Made by a program: the position numbers and the translations under genes | Assembly: GCA_035571515.1 (NCBI GenBank) | Contig: DATNCQ010000037.1 | Span: forward strand, 2,823-66,822 | DNA length: 64,000 nt | Direction of reading: 5' to 3' | Origin: Vicinamibacterales bacterium | Lineage (GTDB): Bacteria > Acidobacteriota > Vicinamibacteria > Vicinamibacterales > UBA2999 | Notes under the pieces: generated by a model | Databases searched by the model: none | What the model saw: the letters and a program-made list of their open reading frames with translations, nothing else | What the model was told of the DNA's origin: nothing | Part shown: positions 27,228-36,430 of the stretch, piece by piece | Layout of the letters: each line of letters begins with the position of its first letter | How positions within the stretch are numbered: position 1 is the stretch's first letter

Positions 27228-28352
27228 CTAGGCGCGAGGTGGGGTCGGGCTGGCGAGCCACGCGCCGGCGAGCGTCCGCCAGTGGCCGCCACGCGCGCTG
27301 CGGAGCGCTGCGCGAGCCTTCTCGCCAAGCAGCAGGAAGGAGCTGACGATGGAGGGGTCGAGGGCCTGGCGCCGGCCGGCGAACGTCACGTCGCGCCCGT
27401 CACGGCCGGCCAGGCCCTTCTTGAAGGTGTACGTGCCCGGGTTCGCTGCGGCGTTGATGCCGTGCAGGTCGTACTCGCGCACGCCGCGCTCGCGCAGCAG
27501 CTTGACCGCCTCCCATTGAACGAGATACGAACCAGACGTCCGCATCCCGAGCTCGTTGGTGGCGCCGAAGAGGTACAGGGCCGTGTCGTTCATCCCGCTG
27601 ACGATGGCGCCCGCACACGGCTCGCCGTTGGCGCGCGCGATGATGACCGTCATCTTCAGGCTGTCGGGCAGCAGCGCCTGCAGGCGCAGGTGCGCATCGA
27701 GGTCGGCGCTCGGGGCGAACTGCTTCCGCTCGAGCATCTGCGAATAGATGCCGCCGAATTCCGTGAACAGCTCGGGACCGGTCCCGACGGTCAATGTCAA
27801 GCCACCGCGCTCGGCCTTGCTGAGGCAGTTACGCCATTTCTTGTCGAGGGAGGCCCGCAGCTCCTCGAGCGACGGCGAGAGATCCATGACGAGCGTCTTC
27901 TCGGGCTGTGCCGATGAACCCGGCGCCGAGAATCCTTCCTCGGTCAGGATCCGCTCGCACGCGGCGTCCTCCTCCACGAACAGGCGTGGATTGAGCCGGA
28001 GAATCATTCCGCGCCTGCCGACGTACTCGTTGCGGAGCGCGCGCAGCGCCTGCCGGAAGTGATCGAGGTCACCCGCGACGCCGCTGCGCCGCCACATCGG
28101 TCCCCACCGCAGGTACGCGATGCCGATGTCCGTGAAGGGCAGCGTGAACAGCCTCGTCTCGGCAGCCGCGACGACCGCTCCGTCCTTGACGAGGACGAGC
28201 CGGCCGACGCCCGGAAACGCGCGCGGCGCGACGCCTGACTGCCACAGCTGGTACAGGTTGGCGTCCGCAAACGTCCGCGTCAGCTCGAACCATCGCTCGT
28301 CGGCGATGGCGCCGGCCTCAACGGAATAACCACTCGTCAGGGGTCGAATCAT
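27228..28352 (-). CDS. FemAB-like / GNAT-fold aminoacyl- or acyl-transferase (PEP-CTERM-locus type)
   Basis: 374 aa. Two-lobed GNAT-like pattern (LRWGPMW.., YLFGATNELGMRTSGSYLVQWEAV, YDLHGINAAANPGTYTFKKGL). ATGA overlap with the upstream gene. Confidence 0.7.
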   Translation of the reverse strand: MIRPLTSGYSVEAGAIADERWFELTRTFADANLYQLWQSGVAPRAFPGVGRLVLVKDGAVVAAAETRLFTLPFTDIGIAYLRWGPMWRRSGVAGDLDHFRQALRALRNEYVGRRGMILRLNPRLFVEEDAACERILTEEGFSAPGSSAQPEKTLVMDLSPSLEELRASLDKKWRNCLSKAERGGLTLTVGTGPELFTEFGGIYSQMLERKQFAPSADLDAHLRLQALLPDSLKMTVIIARANGEPCAGAIVSGMNDTALYLFGATNELGMRTSGSYLVQWEAVKLLRERGVREYDLHGINAAANPGTYTFKKGLAGRDGRDVTFAGRRQALDPSIVSSFLLLGEKARAALRSARGGHWRTLAGAWLASPTPPRA

Positions 28353-29188
28353 GAACGGGTATGCCTCATCAGGCTTGTGAGGGCGCGCTTGGCGGGAATG
28401 GCCACCGACAGCCAGTCGTACGCGCCACGCGCCTTGAGCTCGAATTCGAGCGGCCAGTCTTCCGGCGTCACGTTGATGCGCCCGATCAGGACGAACGCTT
28501 CGTCGCGCCGCGATTCAATCACCGGTACGTTGGCGAAGACGCGGTTGTAGCCGGCCGTCTTCGCCTCCTCGAGCACGCTCGAGGAACACGACCCGTACGG
28601 CAGCGACAGCATGCGTACTGGAGCGCCCTGGAGACGCTCGAGGTACGACTTCGAGGCCGCGAGCTCCGAATGGATCGTGTGTGGCGGCAACTCCGCCAGG
28701 TGCGGGTGCGTCACCGTGTGCGAGCCGACCCTGACCCAGCGCGCGTCGAGCGCCGCGAGCGTTTCGGGCGACATCACGCGCCCGCGCCCGCCGTTTCTCG
28801 CCGCGACGGGAATCCATCGAGGCGACGTACCCATGTATCCGGTGGGGACGAAGATCGTCGCGGGGATGCGCTGCCGCGCGAGCACGGGCAAGGCGTGCTC
28901 GTACACGCTCTGGAACGCGTCGTCGAAGGTCACCGCGACCACTGGCCGTCCGTTGAGCGGCCGCTCGTCGTCGGCGAAGACCGGCGTCGCCCGCCGGCGC
29001 AGGTGCCGCATCTGCGCCTCGAATCGCGTGACGTCGCGTTCCTGCAGGGCGTGATACGTCAGCACCACCGGCGGCGCGGGTGGCTGCTCGGGGTTGACCA
29101 GGCGGGCGGCCGCGCGCATCGTGTCGCGGACCGCGACGTAGCCGATCGACACCCCGACGGAGAACAGACGTTTGAGGAGGCCCAGCAC
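28349..29188 (-). CDS. Polysaccharide deacetylase (NodB/CE4)
   Basis: VVAVTFDDAFQSVYEHALPVLARQRIPATIFVPTGYMG and GSHTVTHPHL. Confidence 0.85.
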   Translation of the reverse strand: MLGLLKRLFSVGVSIGYVAVRDTMRAAARLVNPEQPPAPPVVLTYHALQERDVTRFEAQMRHLRRRATPVFADDERPLNGRPVVAVTFDDAFQSVYEHALPVLARQRIPATIFVPTGYMGTSPRWIPVAARNGGRGRVMSPETLAALDARWVRVGSHTVTHPHLAELPPHTIHSELAASKSYLERLQGAPVRMLSLPYGSCSSSVLEEAKTAGYNRVFANVPVIESRRDEAFVLIGRINVTPEDWPLEFELKARGAYDWLSVAIPAKRALTSLMRHTRS

Positions 29189-30109
29189 TTAGTCCCGGTA
29201 GCGGAGGAGCGAGAACCCGTAATACGCGGTCAGGATGCCGCTGCAGTAGGCGAGCTTCTGAAAGACCCGCGTGGAGATGTGCTTCCGCAGCACCAGCGTG
29301 AACGGCGCGACGGCAGCGCATCCGCAGAAGATGACCGCGTTGCGCACGATGGCGCCCTGCGAGGCGAGGCGCCCGGCACGCATCCGCTCACCGTCCAGCG
29401 TCCCCGACCGGAGGTACCGCTTCACGTGGTAGGACGCCGTGCAGCGTTCCGGGGGAACCACCTCGTAGGCGGCCGCCTCGTCACACCAGACGAACCGCCG
29501 ACCGGTGCGGGACTGGCGCCAGAAGAAGTCGCTGTCCTCGCCGCCCGTCCGCCCGAACGCGGGATCGAACCACGGCTCGCCGTCGGCAAAGATCGCGCGG
29601 TCGAGCAGCAGGTTGCCCGTGCGCGCATCCTTCGCGGAAATCGCCGTTCCCGTCGCCAGCCGGCGCCTGTGGAAGAACGGGCCCCGTTGAATCCACTCGG
29701 GCGTGCCGGGCGCGAACTCCGGGATGACCGGGCCGAGGACGCCGTCCGCGGCGCAGGCTGTCAGCGTCCCGTGCAGCGCCGCCAGCCAGCCTGGCACCGG
29801 CGCTTCGTCGTCGTCGATGAAGGCGATGAGGTTTCCCGTCGCGTTGCGCACCGCGCGATTGCGGGTGAGGGAGATGTTCTGCTCGGGCTCGCAATCGTAA
29901 CGGACGTCGATGATGCCGCGCTGCCCGGCGGCCACGGCGGTTGACTCCGCCGTGCGCCCGGCGTCGTTGTCAACGACGATGACGTCGAAGGTGAAGGCCT
30001 CGCCGGCGATCTGCCGTTCCAGCGCGCGAAGCAGCCGATCGAGCAGCGCCGGCCGGCGGAACGTACAGATGCAGACCGAGATGCGGTCCCGGACGGATGG
30101 TGTGGTCAC
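29189..30109 (-). CDS. Glycosyltransferase family 2
   Basis: GTG start. ISVCICTFRRPALLDRLLRALERQ, VIVVDNDAGRTA and AFIDDDE (DxD). Confidence 0.85.
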   Translation of the reverse strand: MTTPSVRDRISVCICTFRRPALLDRLLRALERQIAGEAFTFDVIVVDNDAGRTAESTAVAAGQRGIIDVRYDCEPEQNISLTRNRAVRNATGNLIAFIDDDEAPVPGWLAALHGTLTACAADGVLGPVIPEFAPGTPEWIQRGPFFHRRRLATGTAISAKDARTGNLLLDRAIFADGEPWFDPAFGRTGGEDSDFFWRQSRTGRRFVWCDEAAAYEVVPPERCTASYHVKRYLRSGTLDGERMRAGRLASQGAIVRNAVIFCGCAAVAPFTLVLRKHISTRVFQKLAYCSGILTAYYGFSLLRYRD

Positions 30110-31269
30110 TGCTGACGGCGGGCCTGGCGGTCGGCGCCCTCGAGGAAGCGCGCGACGGTGTCGCCAATCACGTGGTAGCCGTTGCGGCCCGGATGCATGT
30201 CGCGATCGCTGTGGGTGTAGAGCTGGTTGGACACGTCGTGCCGCAACGCCTCGAGCGTGTCGATGCGCGGGATGCCGGCGTGGTCGAGGAACTCGAACAG
30301 CCGTGCGCGCGCCTGTGTCTCGCTGTTCACCGACTCCTTGATGACGCCGCCCAGGTGCCGCGCCGGGTCCCGCAGCAGGAAGTCCGCGAACACCATCTCC
30401 TTGGTCGGGATGATGACGACGGCCATTCTGGCGCCGCTCTCCTTGCAGAGATCGTTCATGCGCTGGAGCAGGTCCATCGTCACCCGCATCCCCTCGCGAA
30501 CGGGGGCGCTGTTCTGATCCAGCCGGTCACGGATGGCCCTCGGCCGGAACGCCTCCTGGATGTGCGCCGCCGGCACGTCGAGGGTGGTCGTGAATTCATC
30601 CTGCCCGGACGCTGCGCGCCCGACCTGAATCGAGCCCTTCAGCGCGCCGAGCACGGGACCGTGCACGACGAGGCGATACACGATGCTGTGCTGCGACAGC
30701 CAATTGCGGACGCTTGCGCTCGTCGACGTGTTGTCCGGCGGCGCTTCCCAGATGTCCGCGTCCACGTTCGAGAACGTCCCCTGGCGGAGGAATGACCAGT
30801 GCGGCTTCCCGTAGGTCATCGTGAACGCGTTCTCGAAATCGTCGCCCATGTAGAGGCCGACGATCACCCAGCGCGGATGCAGCTTCAGCGCGCGCGTCTG
30901 CAGCAGCTGGTAATACTGGTTCGGGCCGTAGCCGCCGAGTGCCAGGTTGTAGACGCTCAGTCCCGTGTCGTGCGCCATCACGTACGGCCACGAGTCGGCC
31001 ATGGTGGCGTTGTTGCCGTAGGTATGCGAATCGCCGAGCGCCACGACGGACGCGGAGGAGGGGACGCTTCGATTGCGGAACCCCCATTTGTCGAACCCGG
31101 GCGAACCCGGCGCGATCCGGATCCCCAGGATGTCGTCGCGCTCGGTGGTCACGGACACGTAGTCGGCAGGATCGAGGAACAACCGGGCCCCCGCCTCGCA
31201 GAGCAGGACCGCCGCCGCCAGCGAGACGAGCAGGACGAGTCCGTTTGCAGCCGCCGTTTTCAGACGCAC
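30106..31269 (-). CDS. SGNH/GDSL-like hydrolase or O-acetyltransferase accessory protein, membrane-anchored
   Basis: ORF 30106..31428; GTG 31269 is preceded by GGGGGA. N-terminal anchor LVLLVSLAAAVLLC. Block I VVALGDSHTYGN. Confidence 0.65.
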   Translation of the reverse strand: MRLKTAAANGLVLLVSLAAAVLLCEAGARLFLDPADYVSVTTERDDILGIRIAPGSPGFDKWGFRNRSVPSSASVVALGDSHTYGNNATMADSWPYVMAHDTGLSVYNLALGGYGPNQYYQLLQTRALKLHPRWVIVGLYMGDDFENAFTMTYGKPHWSFLRQGTFSNVDADIWEAPPDNTSTSASVRNWLSQHSIVYRLVVHGPVLGALKGSIQVGRAASGQDEFTTTLDVPAAHIQEAFRPRAIRDRLDQNSAPVREGMRVTMDLLQRMNDLCKESGARMAVVIIPTKEMVFADFLLRDPARHLGGVIKESVNSETQARARLFEFLDHAGIPRIDTLEALRHDVSNQLYTHSDRDMHPGRNGYHVIGDTVARFLEGADRQARRQQ

Positions 31270-31282
31270 GACAGTCCCCCGT

Positions 31283-33142
31283 TCAGTCGAGCGCGAACTC
31301 GGTGCGCCAGTCGTCGGTCTCGGCGAACGCCGGCTGGTGCTCCTTGTCCAGGAGGTAATTGCCGATGACGAGGCAATCCATCTCGGTGCGCATGAAACAG
31401 CGATACGCATCCTCGGGGGTGCAGACAATCGGCTCGCCGCGGACGTTGAAGCTGGTGTTGACCAGCACGCCGTAGCCCGTGAGCCGCTTGAACTCCTGCA
31501 GGAGCTGCCAGTAGCGCGGGTTCACCTCTTCGTTGACCGTCTGGATGCGCGCCGAATAGTCGACGTGCGTGATCGCGGGCAGGTCGGAGCGGAGGAAATA
31601 GAGCCGCTCATAGAGCGCGCGATCGTTGTAGTCGGCCGGCAACGGCGTCCGTTTCTCTTCGCGGACGGGCACGACGAGCAGCATGTAGGGCGACGGGCGA
31701 TCGAGCTCGAAGTGCTTGTCGACGTCCTCCTCGAGCACGGTGGGTGCGAACGGGCGGAATCCCTCGCGATACTTGATCTTGAGGTTCATCTTCTTCTGCA
31801 TCTCGGGATTGCGCGCGTCGCCGAGGATGCTGCGCCCGCCGAGCGCGCGCGGCCCGAACTCCATCCGTCCCTGGAACCAGCCGACGACCTTCCCTTCGGC
31901 GAGCCGGCTGGCGACGTCGCCGGCGAGGTCGGTGAAGTCGTCGTAATGCTCCGCGACGGCGTCGTAGCGGTTGATCGTGCGCTGGATCTCGCGATCGGAG
32001 AAGGACGGGCCGAGCAGCGATCCACGCATCGCGTCGAAGCCGGAGGGGATCCGCCGGCGCTGACGGTCGCGCACGTGCCACACGGCGTACGCCGCGCCGA
32101 GCGCCCCGCCCGCGTCTCCGGCGGCAGGCTGGATCCAGATGTCGTCGAACAGGCCCGACTTGAGAATCTTGCCGTTGGCGACGCAGTTCAGCGCGACGCC
32201 GCCCGCGAGGGTGAGGTTCGGGCTCCCCGTCAGCTCCCTGGCCGAGCGCGCGAGCTTCAGCACGATGTCCTCGGTCACCTGCTGGATGGCGAGCGCCATG
32301 TTCATGTAGGCCTGGTCGATGTCCGATTCGCCCTTCCGCACGGGCAGGCCGAACAGCTGCTCCCACTTGTGCTCGTTGACCATGCGCAGTCCGGTCGCAT
32401 AGTCGAAGTAGTCCATGTTGAGCAGGATGGACCCGTCCTCGCGGATGTCGACGAGGTCGCTCGTGATCTTGGCGACGAATTCATGCGTCTGCGGCGAGTC
32501 GGGATTGCCGTAGGGCGCCAGGCCCATCAGCTTGTACTCGCCGCTGTTCACCCGGAAGCCCGTGTAGTAGGTGAAAGCGGAGTAGAGCAGGCCCACCGAA
32601 TGCGGAAAGCGCAGCTCGCGGAGCAGCGTGATGTCGCGGTCGTGGCCGTGGCCGATCGTCGCCGTTGCCCATTCGCCGACGCCGTCCACGGTCAGGATGG
32701 CCGCGTCGTTGAACCGCGAAGGATAGAAGGCGCTCGCCGCGTGCGAGAGATGGTGCTCGGGAAAGGCGATCGTCACGTCGCCCTCGCCGAGCTGCGCGAG
32801 CTCTTCGCGCAGCATCCGCTTCATGAACAACTTGTCCTTGATCCACACCGGAATCGCCGACGAGAAGCTGACGACGCCTTTCGGCGCGAAGGCGTGGTAG
32901 GTCTCGAGCAGCCGCTCGAACTTCAGGAACGGCTTGTCGTAGAACGCCACGGCTTCGAGCTCCCCGTACTTCAGCCCCGCTTCCTCGAGGACGTACCGTG
33001 CGGCGTGGATCGGGAAGGCGGGATCGTGCCGCCGCCTCGTGAACCGCTCTTCCTGGGCGGCGGCGACCACCTCGCCGTCGATGAGGAGCGCGGCCGCGCT
33101 GTCGTGGTAGAACGCGGATATGCCGAGAATCGCCTGTTTCAT
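31283..33142 (-). CDS. Carbamoyltransferase (NodU/CmcH/SxtI-like)
   Basis: MKQAILGISAFYHDSAAALLIDGEVVAAAQEERFTRRRHD, FPEHHLSHAASAF and VNTSFNVRGEPIVCTPEDAYRCF. Confidence 0.9.
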   Translation of the reverse strand: MKQAILGISAFYHDSAAALLIDGEVVAAAQEERFTRRRHDPAFPIHAARYVLEEAGLKYGELEAVAFYDKPFLKFERLLETYHAFAPKGVVSFSSAIPVWIKDKLFMKRMLREELAQLGEGDVTIAFPEHHLSHAASAFYPSRFNDAAILTVDGVGEWATATIGHGHDRDITLLRELRFPHSVGLLYSAFTYYTGFRVNSGEYKLMGLAPYGNPDSPQTHEFVAKITSDLVDIREDGSILLNMDYFDYATGLRMVNEHKWEQLFGLPVRKGESDIDQAYMNMALAIQQVTEDIVLKLARSARELTGSPNLTLAGGVALNCVANGKILKSGLFDDIWIQPAAGDAGGALGAAYAVWHVRDRQRRRIPSGFDAMRGSLLGPSFSDREIQRTINRYDAVAEHYDDFTDLAGDVASRLAEGKVVGWFQGRMEFGPRALGGRSILGDARNPEMQKKMNLKIKYREGFRPFAPTVLEEDVDKHFELDRPSPYMLLVVPVREEKRTPLPADYNDRALYERLYFLRSDLPAITHVDYSARIQTVNEEVNPRYWQLLQEFKRLTGYGVLVNTSFNVRGEPIVCTPEDAYRCFMRTEMDCLVIGNYLLDKEHQPAFAETDDWRTEFALD

Positions 33143-33211
33143 AACACCTCGATAGACCTCACACCCCCGCGCGCCGGGCGGCGCGCGTCGACGCCGGTCG
33201 AATCCCTCCTG

Positions 33212-33361
33212 CTAGAACAGCGTGTAGATGAACGGCGCGATCGCGGAGCCGCTCGTCAGCACGATGAGCACGCCGAAACCGAGCAGGACGACGACGAGCG
33301 GAAGGAGCCAGAACTTCTTGCGCGCGCCGAAAAAGCCGAGGAGATCTTTCAGAAAGTCCAT
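33212..33361 (-). CDS. DUF5989-like 49-aa membrane peptide (below the ORF-track size cut-off)
   Basis: Manual translation gives MDFLKDLLGFFGARKKFWLLPLVVVLLGFGVLIVLTSGSAIAPFIYTLF*. GGAG lies 9 nt upstream. The sequence fits my recollection of the small protein usually encoded beside carbamoyltransferase/SxtJ pairs. Confidence 0.7.
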   Translation of the reverse strand: MDFLKDLLGFFGARKKFWLLPLVVVLLGFGVLIVLTSGSAIAPFIYTLF

Positions 33362-33380
33362 GGACGCTGCTCCAGTCAGA

Positions 33381-33851
33381 TCAAAACGGGTGTTCGATGT
33401 CTTTGCCGGTGAACGTGTGATTCCGCGTGTGCATGACCGAGTCGCGGGACTGTTTGAACCCCTGCAGCTGCAGGGTGTCCGCGCGCATCACCACGCGGCG
33501 GAACCACCCGAGCGGTGTCACGACGACGAAGAAGACCGCCGTCAGGAGGATCCGCGACATCACGCTGCCCAGCAGGTGCGACAGCGCGAACCAGACGGCC
33601 GCCGCCGGCCGGAACAGCTGCGGCGCGGTCATGTTGACGACGTGCAGCGCCAGCGCGGCGTAGAGGTAGATCCCCTGCTTGCGCGTGAGCAGCAGCAACA
33701 GGCAGATCAGGACCAGTGCCATCCCCGTGTCCTTCGACTGGTCTTTCGTCGCGGCGGGGAGGAACGTGAGCCAGCGCCGTTTCGCTGCCGGTGACTTCGT
33801 CACCGGCGTGCTCCCGGCATCGCGCTGCGAAAGCGGAACGGCATCGACCAT
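33381..33851 (-). CDS. SxtJ-like membrane protein
   Basis: ORF 33381..33887 (ATG 33851 or 33887). TM-rich MALVLICLLLLLT..LYAALALHVVNMTAPQLFRPAAAVWFALSHLLGSVMSRILLTAVFFVVVTPLGW. Confidence 0.65.
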   Translation of the reverse strand: MVDAVPLSQRDAGSTPVTKSPAAKRRWLTFLPAATKDQSKDTGMALVLICLLLLLTRKQGIYLYAALALHVVNMTAPQLFRPAAAVWFALSHLLGSVMSRILLTAVFFVVVTPLGWFRRVVMRADTLQLQGFKQSRDSVMHTRNHTFTGKDIEHPF

Positions 33852-33890
33852 GGATGGAGACGAACCAGCTTCAACGTTGTACATCACAGG

Positions 33891-35351
33891 TTACCTGCTT
33901 TGCGTGGGTGTACCGAGCCGTGTGGCGCGGTGCTGATAGACGAACCCGGGTGAAGGAGCCGCCTGGCCGCCGTTCCACCGGCTCACGCGGGGGACACGGG
34001 CGGCGGCGGCCGAGGCAGGGGCAGCGATCGCCGCGGCCTGGAGCCGGGCAGGACCCTCCACGATGACGAGGAGCGTCACGCACCACAACAGGCTCAACTG
34101 GTTGAACGCCGCCTCGGAGAAGTTGTAGACGAGCGCGATGACCCAGAGCGCGAGCCGGATGCGCGAGAAATCGTCGCCCGTGACCAGCTGCTTCTTGATC
34201 GTGTAGAAGCCGACGAGCAGCATCCCGACGAGCAGCGTCACGCCGATGATGCCGCCGTTCAGGTACGTCTCGACGTAGCCGTTGTGCGCCTGGACGATGT
34301 GCGGGAGCACCATCCAGAGCTTCACCATGCGCTCGCCCGCCCAGAAGCTCTTGAACCCGGCGCCGACCAGCGGGTTGATGTCGCTGGCGAGGACGATGTC
34401 CCAGGCGCCGGTGCGCGACGTCAGCGTCATGTCGCGCCCGAGGCTGCCGACGATCATTTCCGAGATCCCGAGGGTGGAGTCGAGCGTGAACCACAGGGCG
34501 CCGCCGACGATCGCATAGACCTCGACTTTCCCGAGGCGCCGCTTGACGGGCGCCAGCGCCGTCGCCGTATACAGCCCGATGGACAGGAACGTGCACAAGA
34601 GCGAGGTCGCGCTGTCGGCGATGAGCAGCAGCCAGAACGCCATCAGGAAGACGATCATGGCGTCGGCGCGGTCCACCAGCCACGCCCATTTCTTCGGCGC
34701 CGCCGGCCGCGTCGTCAGGTCCCAGTAGAGGAACACGCAGGAGATCAACAGCAGCGCGCCGAGGGTGTTCTTGTGCGTGGCGACGCCGACATACATCAGG
34801 TCGTTCCGATTCCACCCCGTGTAGGTGCGTCCGAGCTCCGGGATGTAGCGGATGAAGGCGAACGACAGCGGGACGAGCACGCTCGCGCAGCGGACGAATG
34901 ACGCCTTGATCGCCTCGATGGGCGCCTGCTCCGTCAGCAGGACCAGCACCATGACTACGTTGCCGAAATCCTTGAACCAGCGCTTGAAGGCGACAAACGG
35001 GTAGTCGGACCAGACGACGCTGATGGCGCAGTAGCCGAAGAAGAGGAACACCCACTTGTTCGCGGCCACGATCGGTCCGAACCGGACGCTGCGCCGCACC
35101 AGCACGGCCGCGCCGGCGAGAATCAGGCCGAAGAACATCATCGCGTCGAGCGGGCTGCCCTCCAGGTACGACTCGGCCGTTTGCGCCTGCTGCCCCTGGA
35201 ACCAGCTCGAAAACGGGCGCGAGGCAAAGATCGCGAACCACATCGCGACAATCCAGACGGCGTGCGAGACGCCGGTCCGGCGCTTGACGTCGCGCCGCAA
35301 CAGCCAGCCAATCAGGCCGTAGGCAGCGAGCAGGGCGATCTGTGGTGACAC
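33891..35351 (-). CDS. O-antigen ligase/polymerase-like (Wzy-type) membrane protein
   Basis: ORF 33891..35603; GTG 35351 is the first start downstream of the upstream stop. More than 10 TM segments with a large loop, as in Wzy_C family proteins. Confidence 0.7.
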   Translation of the reverse strand: MSPQIALLAAYGLIGWLLRRDVKRRTGVSHAVWIVAMWFAIFASRPFSSWFQGQQAQTAESYLEGSPLDAMMFFGLILAGAAVLVRRSVRFGPIVAANKWVFLFFGYCAISVVWSDYPFVAFKRWFKDFGNVVMVLVLLTEQAPIEAIKASFVRCASVLVPLSFAFIRYIPELGRTYTGWNRNDLMYVGVATHKNTLGALLLISCVFLYWDLTTRPAAPKKWAWLVDRADAMIVFLMAFWLLLIADSATSLLCTFLSIGLYTATALAPVKRRLGKVEVYAIVGGALWFTLDSTLGISEMIVGSLGRDMTLTSRTGAWDIVLASDINPLVGAGFKSFWAGERMVKLWMVLPHIVQAHNGYVETYLNGGIIGVTLLVGMLLVGFYTIKKQLVTGDDFSRIRLALWVIALVYNFSEAAFNQLSLLWCVTLLVIVEGPARLQAAAIAAPASAAAARVPRVSRWNGGQAAPSPGFVYQHRATRLGTPTQSR

Positions 35352-35365
35352 GAAGGATCGTTTCG

Positions 35366-36430
35366 CTAGGTGAAGATCACCCGGTAGGCGCGATCGGCGG
35401 CTCCGGAGCGGTTGCGGGCAAAGGTCAGCAACGACACGCCGAGGACGGTCGCCACCAGCGCGAGCGCGAACGGAATCGCGAGCTCGGACCCCTGCAGGCT
35501 GAAACCGCGCAGACCGCGGCGCAGCCCCTGTAACAGGAAGATGTGCAGGATGTAGGCGAAGAGCGAATACTTGCCGAGCTCGATGACGCGGCGCTGCACC
35601 CATCCGTTGGCGCCGGCCCTGACGCCCGTCGCGTAAATCAGGAGCAGCGTGAGGCAGACGCCCACCACCTGCAGCGGAAACGGGATGTTCCAGCGCGTGA
35701 TCGCCGCGAGATAGCCGGCGTAGGCGATCGCCAACAGCACCGGCTGCCGGACCAGCTGCTCGATCTGCGCCAGCGGAAGCACGCCCACGCCCAGCCCGAA
35801 GATCGCAATCGCGACGAGCTCGAGGTTCAGGCTTCTGACGCCGTCGAGGTAATAGAGACCCAGGGTGACCGCGATGGCCGCGATGCCCGCGGCCTGGAGC
35901 GAGAAGCGCAGCCGGCCGGAGAGGACCAGCAGGACCGGCGACAGCAGCAGGAAATAGCTGATGGGCACCAGCACGTCGAACGCGGCCTTCCCGTTGCCGA
36001 GCACGTAGATCGGATACAGGTTCGAGAAGAACGCCGTGACGCCCAGTTGCGTGCCGTCGTAGTCCTGCTTGATGACGAGATTGGCAACGAGGTTCAGCAC
36101 GGTGAAGAGCGCGAGGATCTTCGCGCCGCGGACGAGGAGCCGCTTGTGCAGCCGCGGGTCTGCCGGCGAATACTTCGCCAGGTAGACCTGCGAAATCAGG
36201 AAGCCGGTGATGAAGATGAACGACGGCGTCAGGAACCGCAGATAGCGGTAGACGTCCCAGTCGAGGACGATGAAGTAGTTGGTCCAGTGATACAGGACCA
36301 TGAAGAGCACGAGGCTTCCCTTGACGAAGTCGAGGACGTCGTTGCGCGCGCGGTTCGCGGTCACCGCGGCGGCGCGCACGGTTTCCTCGGTGGAGGGAAC
36401 GGCGATCGACGGATGGGCAAGTAGCGTCAT
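35366..36430 (-). CDS. Membrane acyltransferase (acyltransferase-3/DUF1624-like)
   Basis: ORF 35366..36772; ATG 36430 overlaps the upstream stop (ATGA). RNDVLDFVKGSLVLFMVLYHWTNYF N-terminal motif; about 9 TM segments. Confidence 0.7.
   Translation of the reverse strand: MTLLAHPSIAVPSTEETVRAAAVTANRARNDVLDFVKGSLVLFMVLYHWTNYFIVLDWDVYRYLRFLTPSFIFITGFLISQVYLAKYSPADPRLHKRLLVRGAKILALFTVLNLVANLVIKQDYDGTQLGVTAFFSNLYPIYVLGNGKAAFDVLVPISYFLLLSPVLLVLSGRLRFSLQAAGIAAIAVTLGLYYLDGVRSLNLELVAIAIFGLGVGVLPLAQIEQLVRQPVLLAIAYAGYLAAITRWNIPFPLQVVGVCLTLLLIYATGVRAGANGWVQRRVIELGKYSLFAYILHIFLLQGLRRGLRGFSLQGSELAIPFALALVATVLGVSLLTFARNRSGAADRAYRVIFT

Noticed and set aside
28361-33412. Plus-strand ORFs 28361..29944 (527 aa) and 31337..33412 (691 aa)
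   Set aside because: They are antisense to the deacetylase, GT2 and carbamoyltransferase genes, which have clear catalytic motifs. The products are Arg/Glu/Asp-rich shadows.
31283-33851. Whether the SxtI/J/K-like genes indicate a saxitoxin-type toxin cluster
   Set aside because: No SxtA-type PKS, amidinotransferase or other toxin-pathway genes are present. The context is purely polysaccharide biosynthesis.
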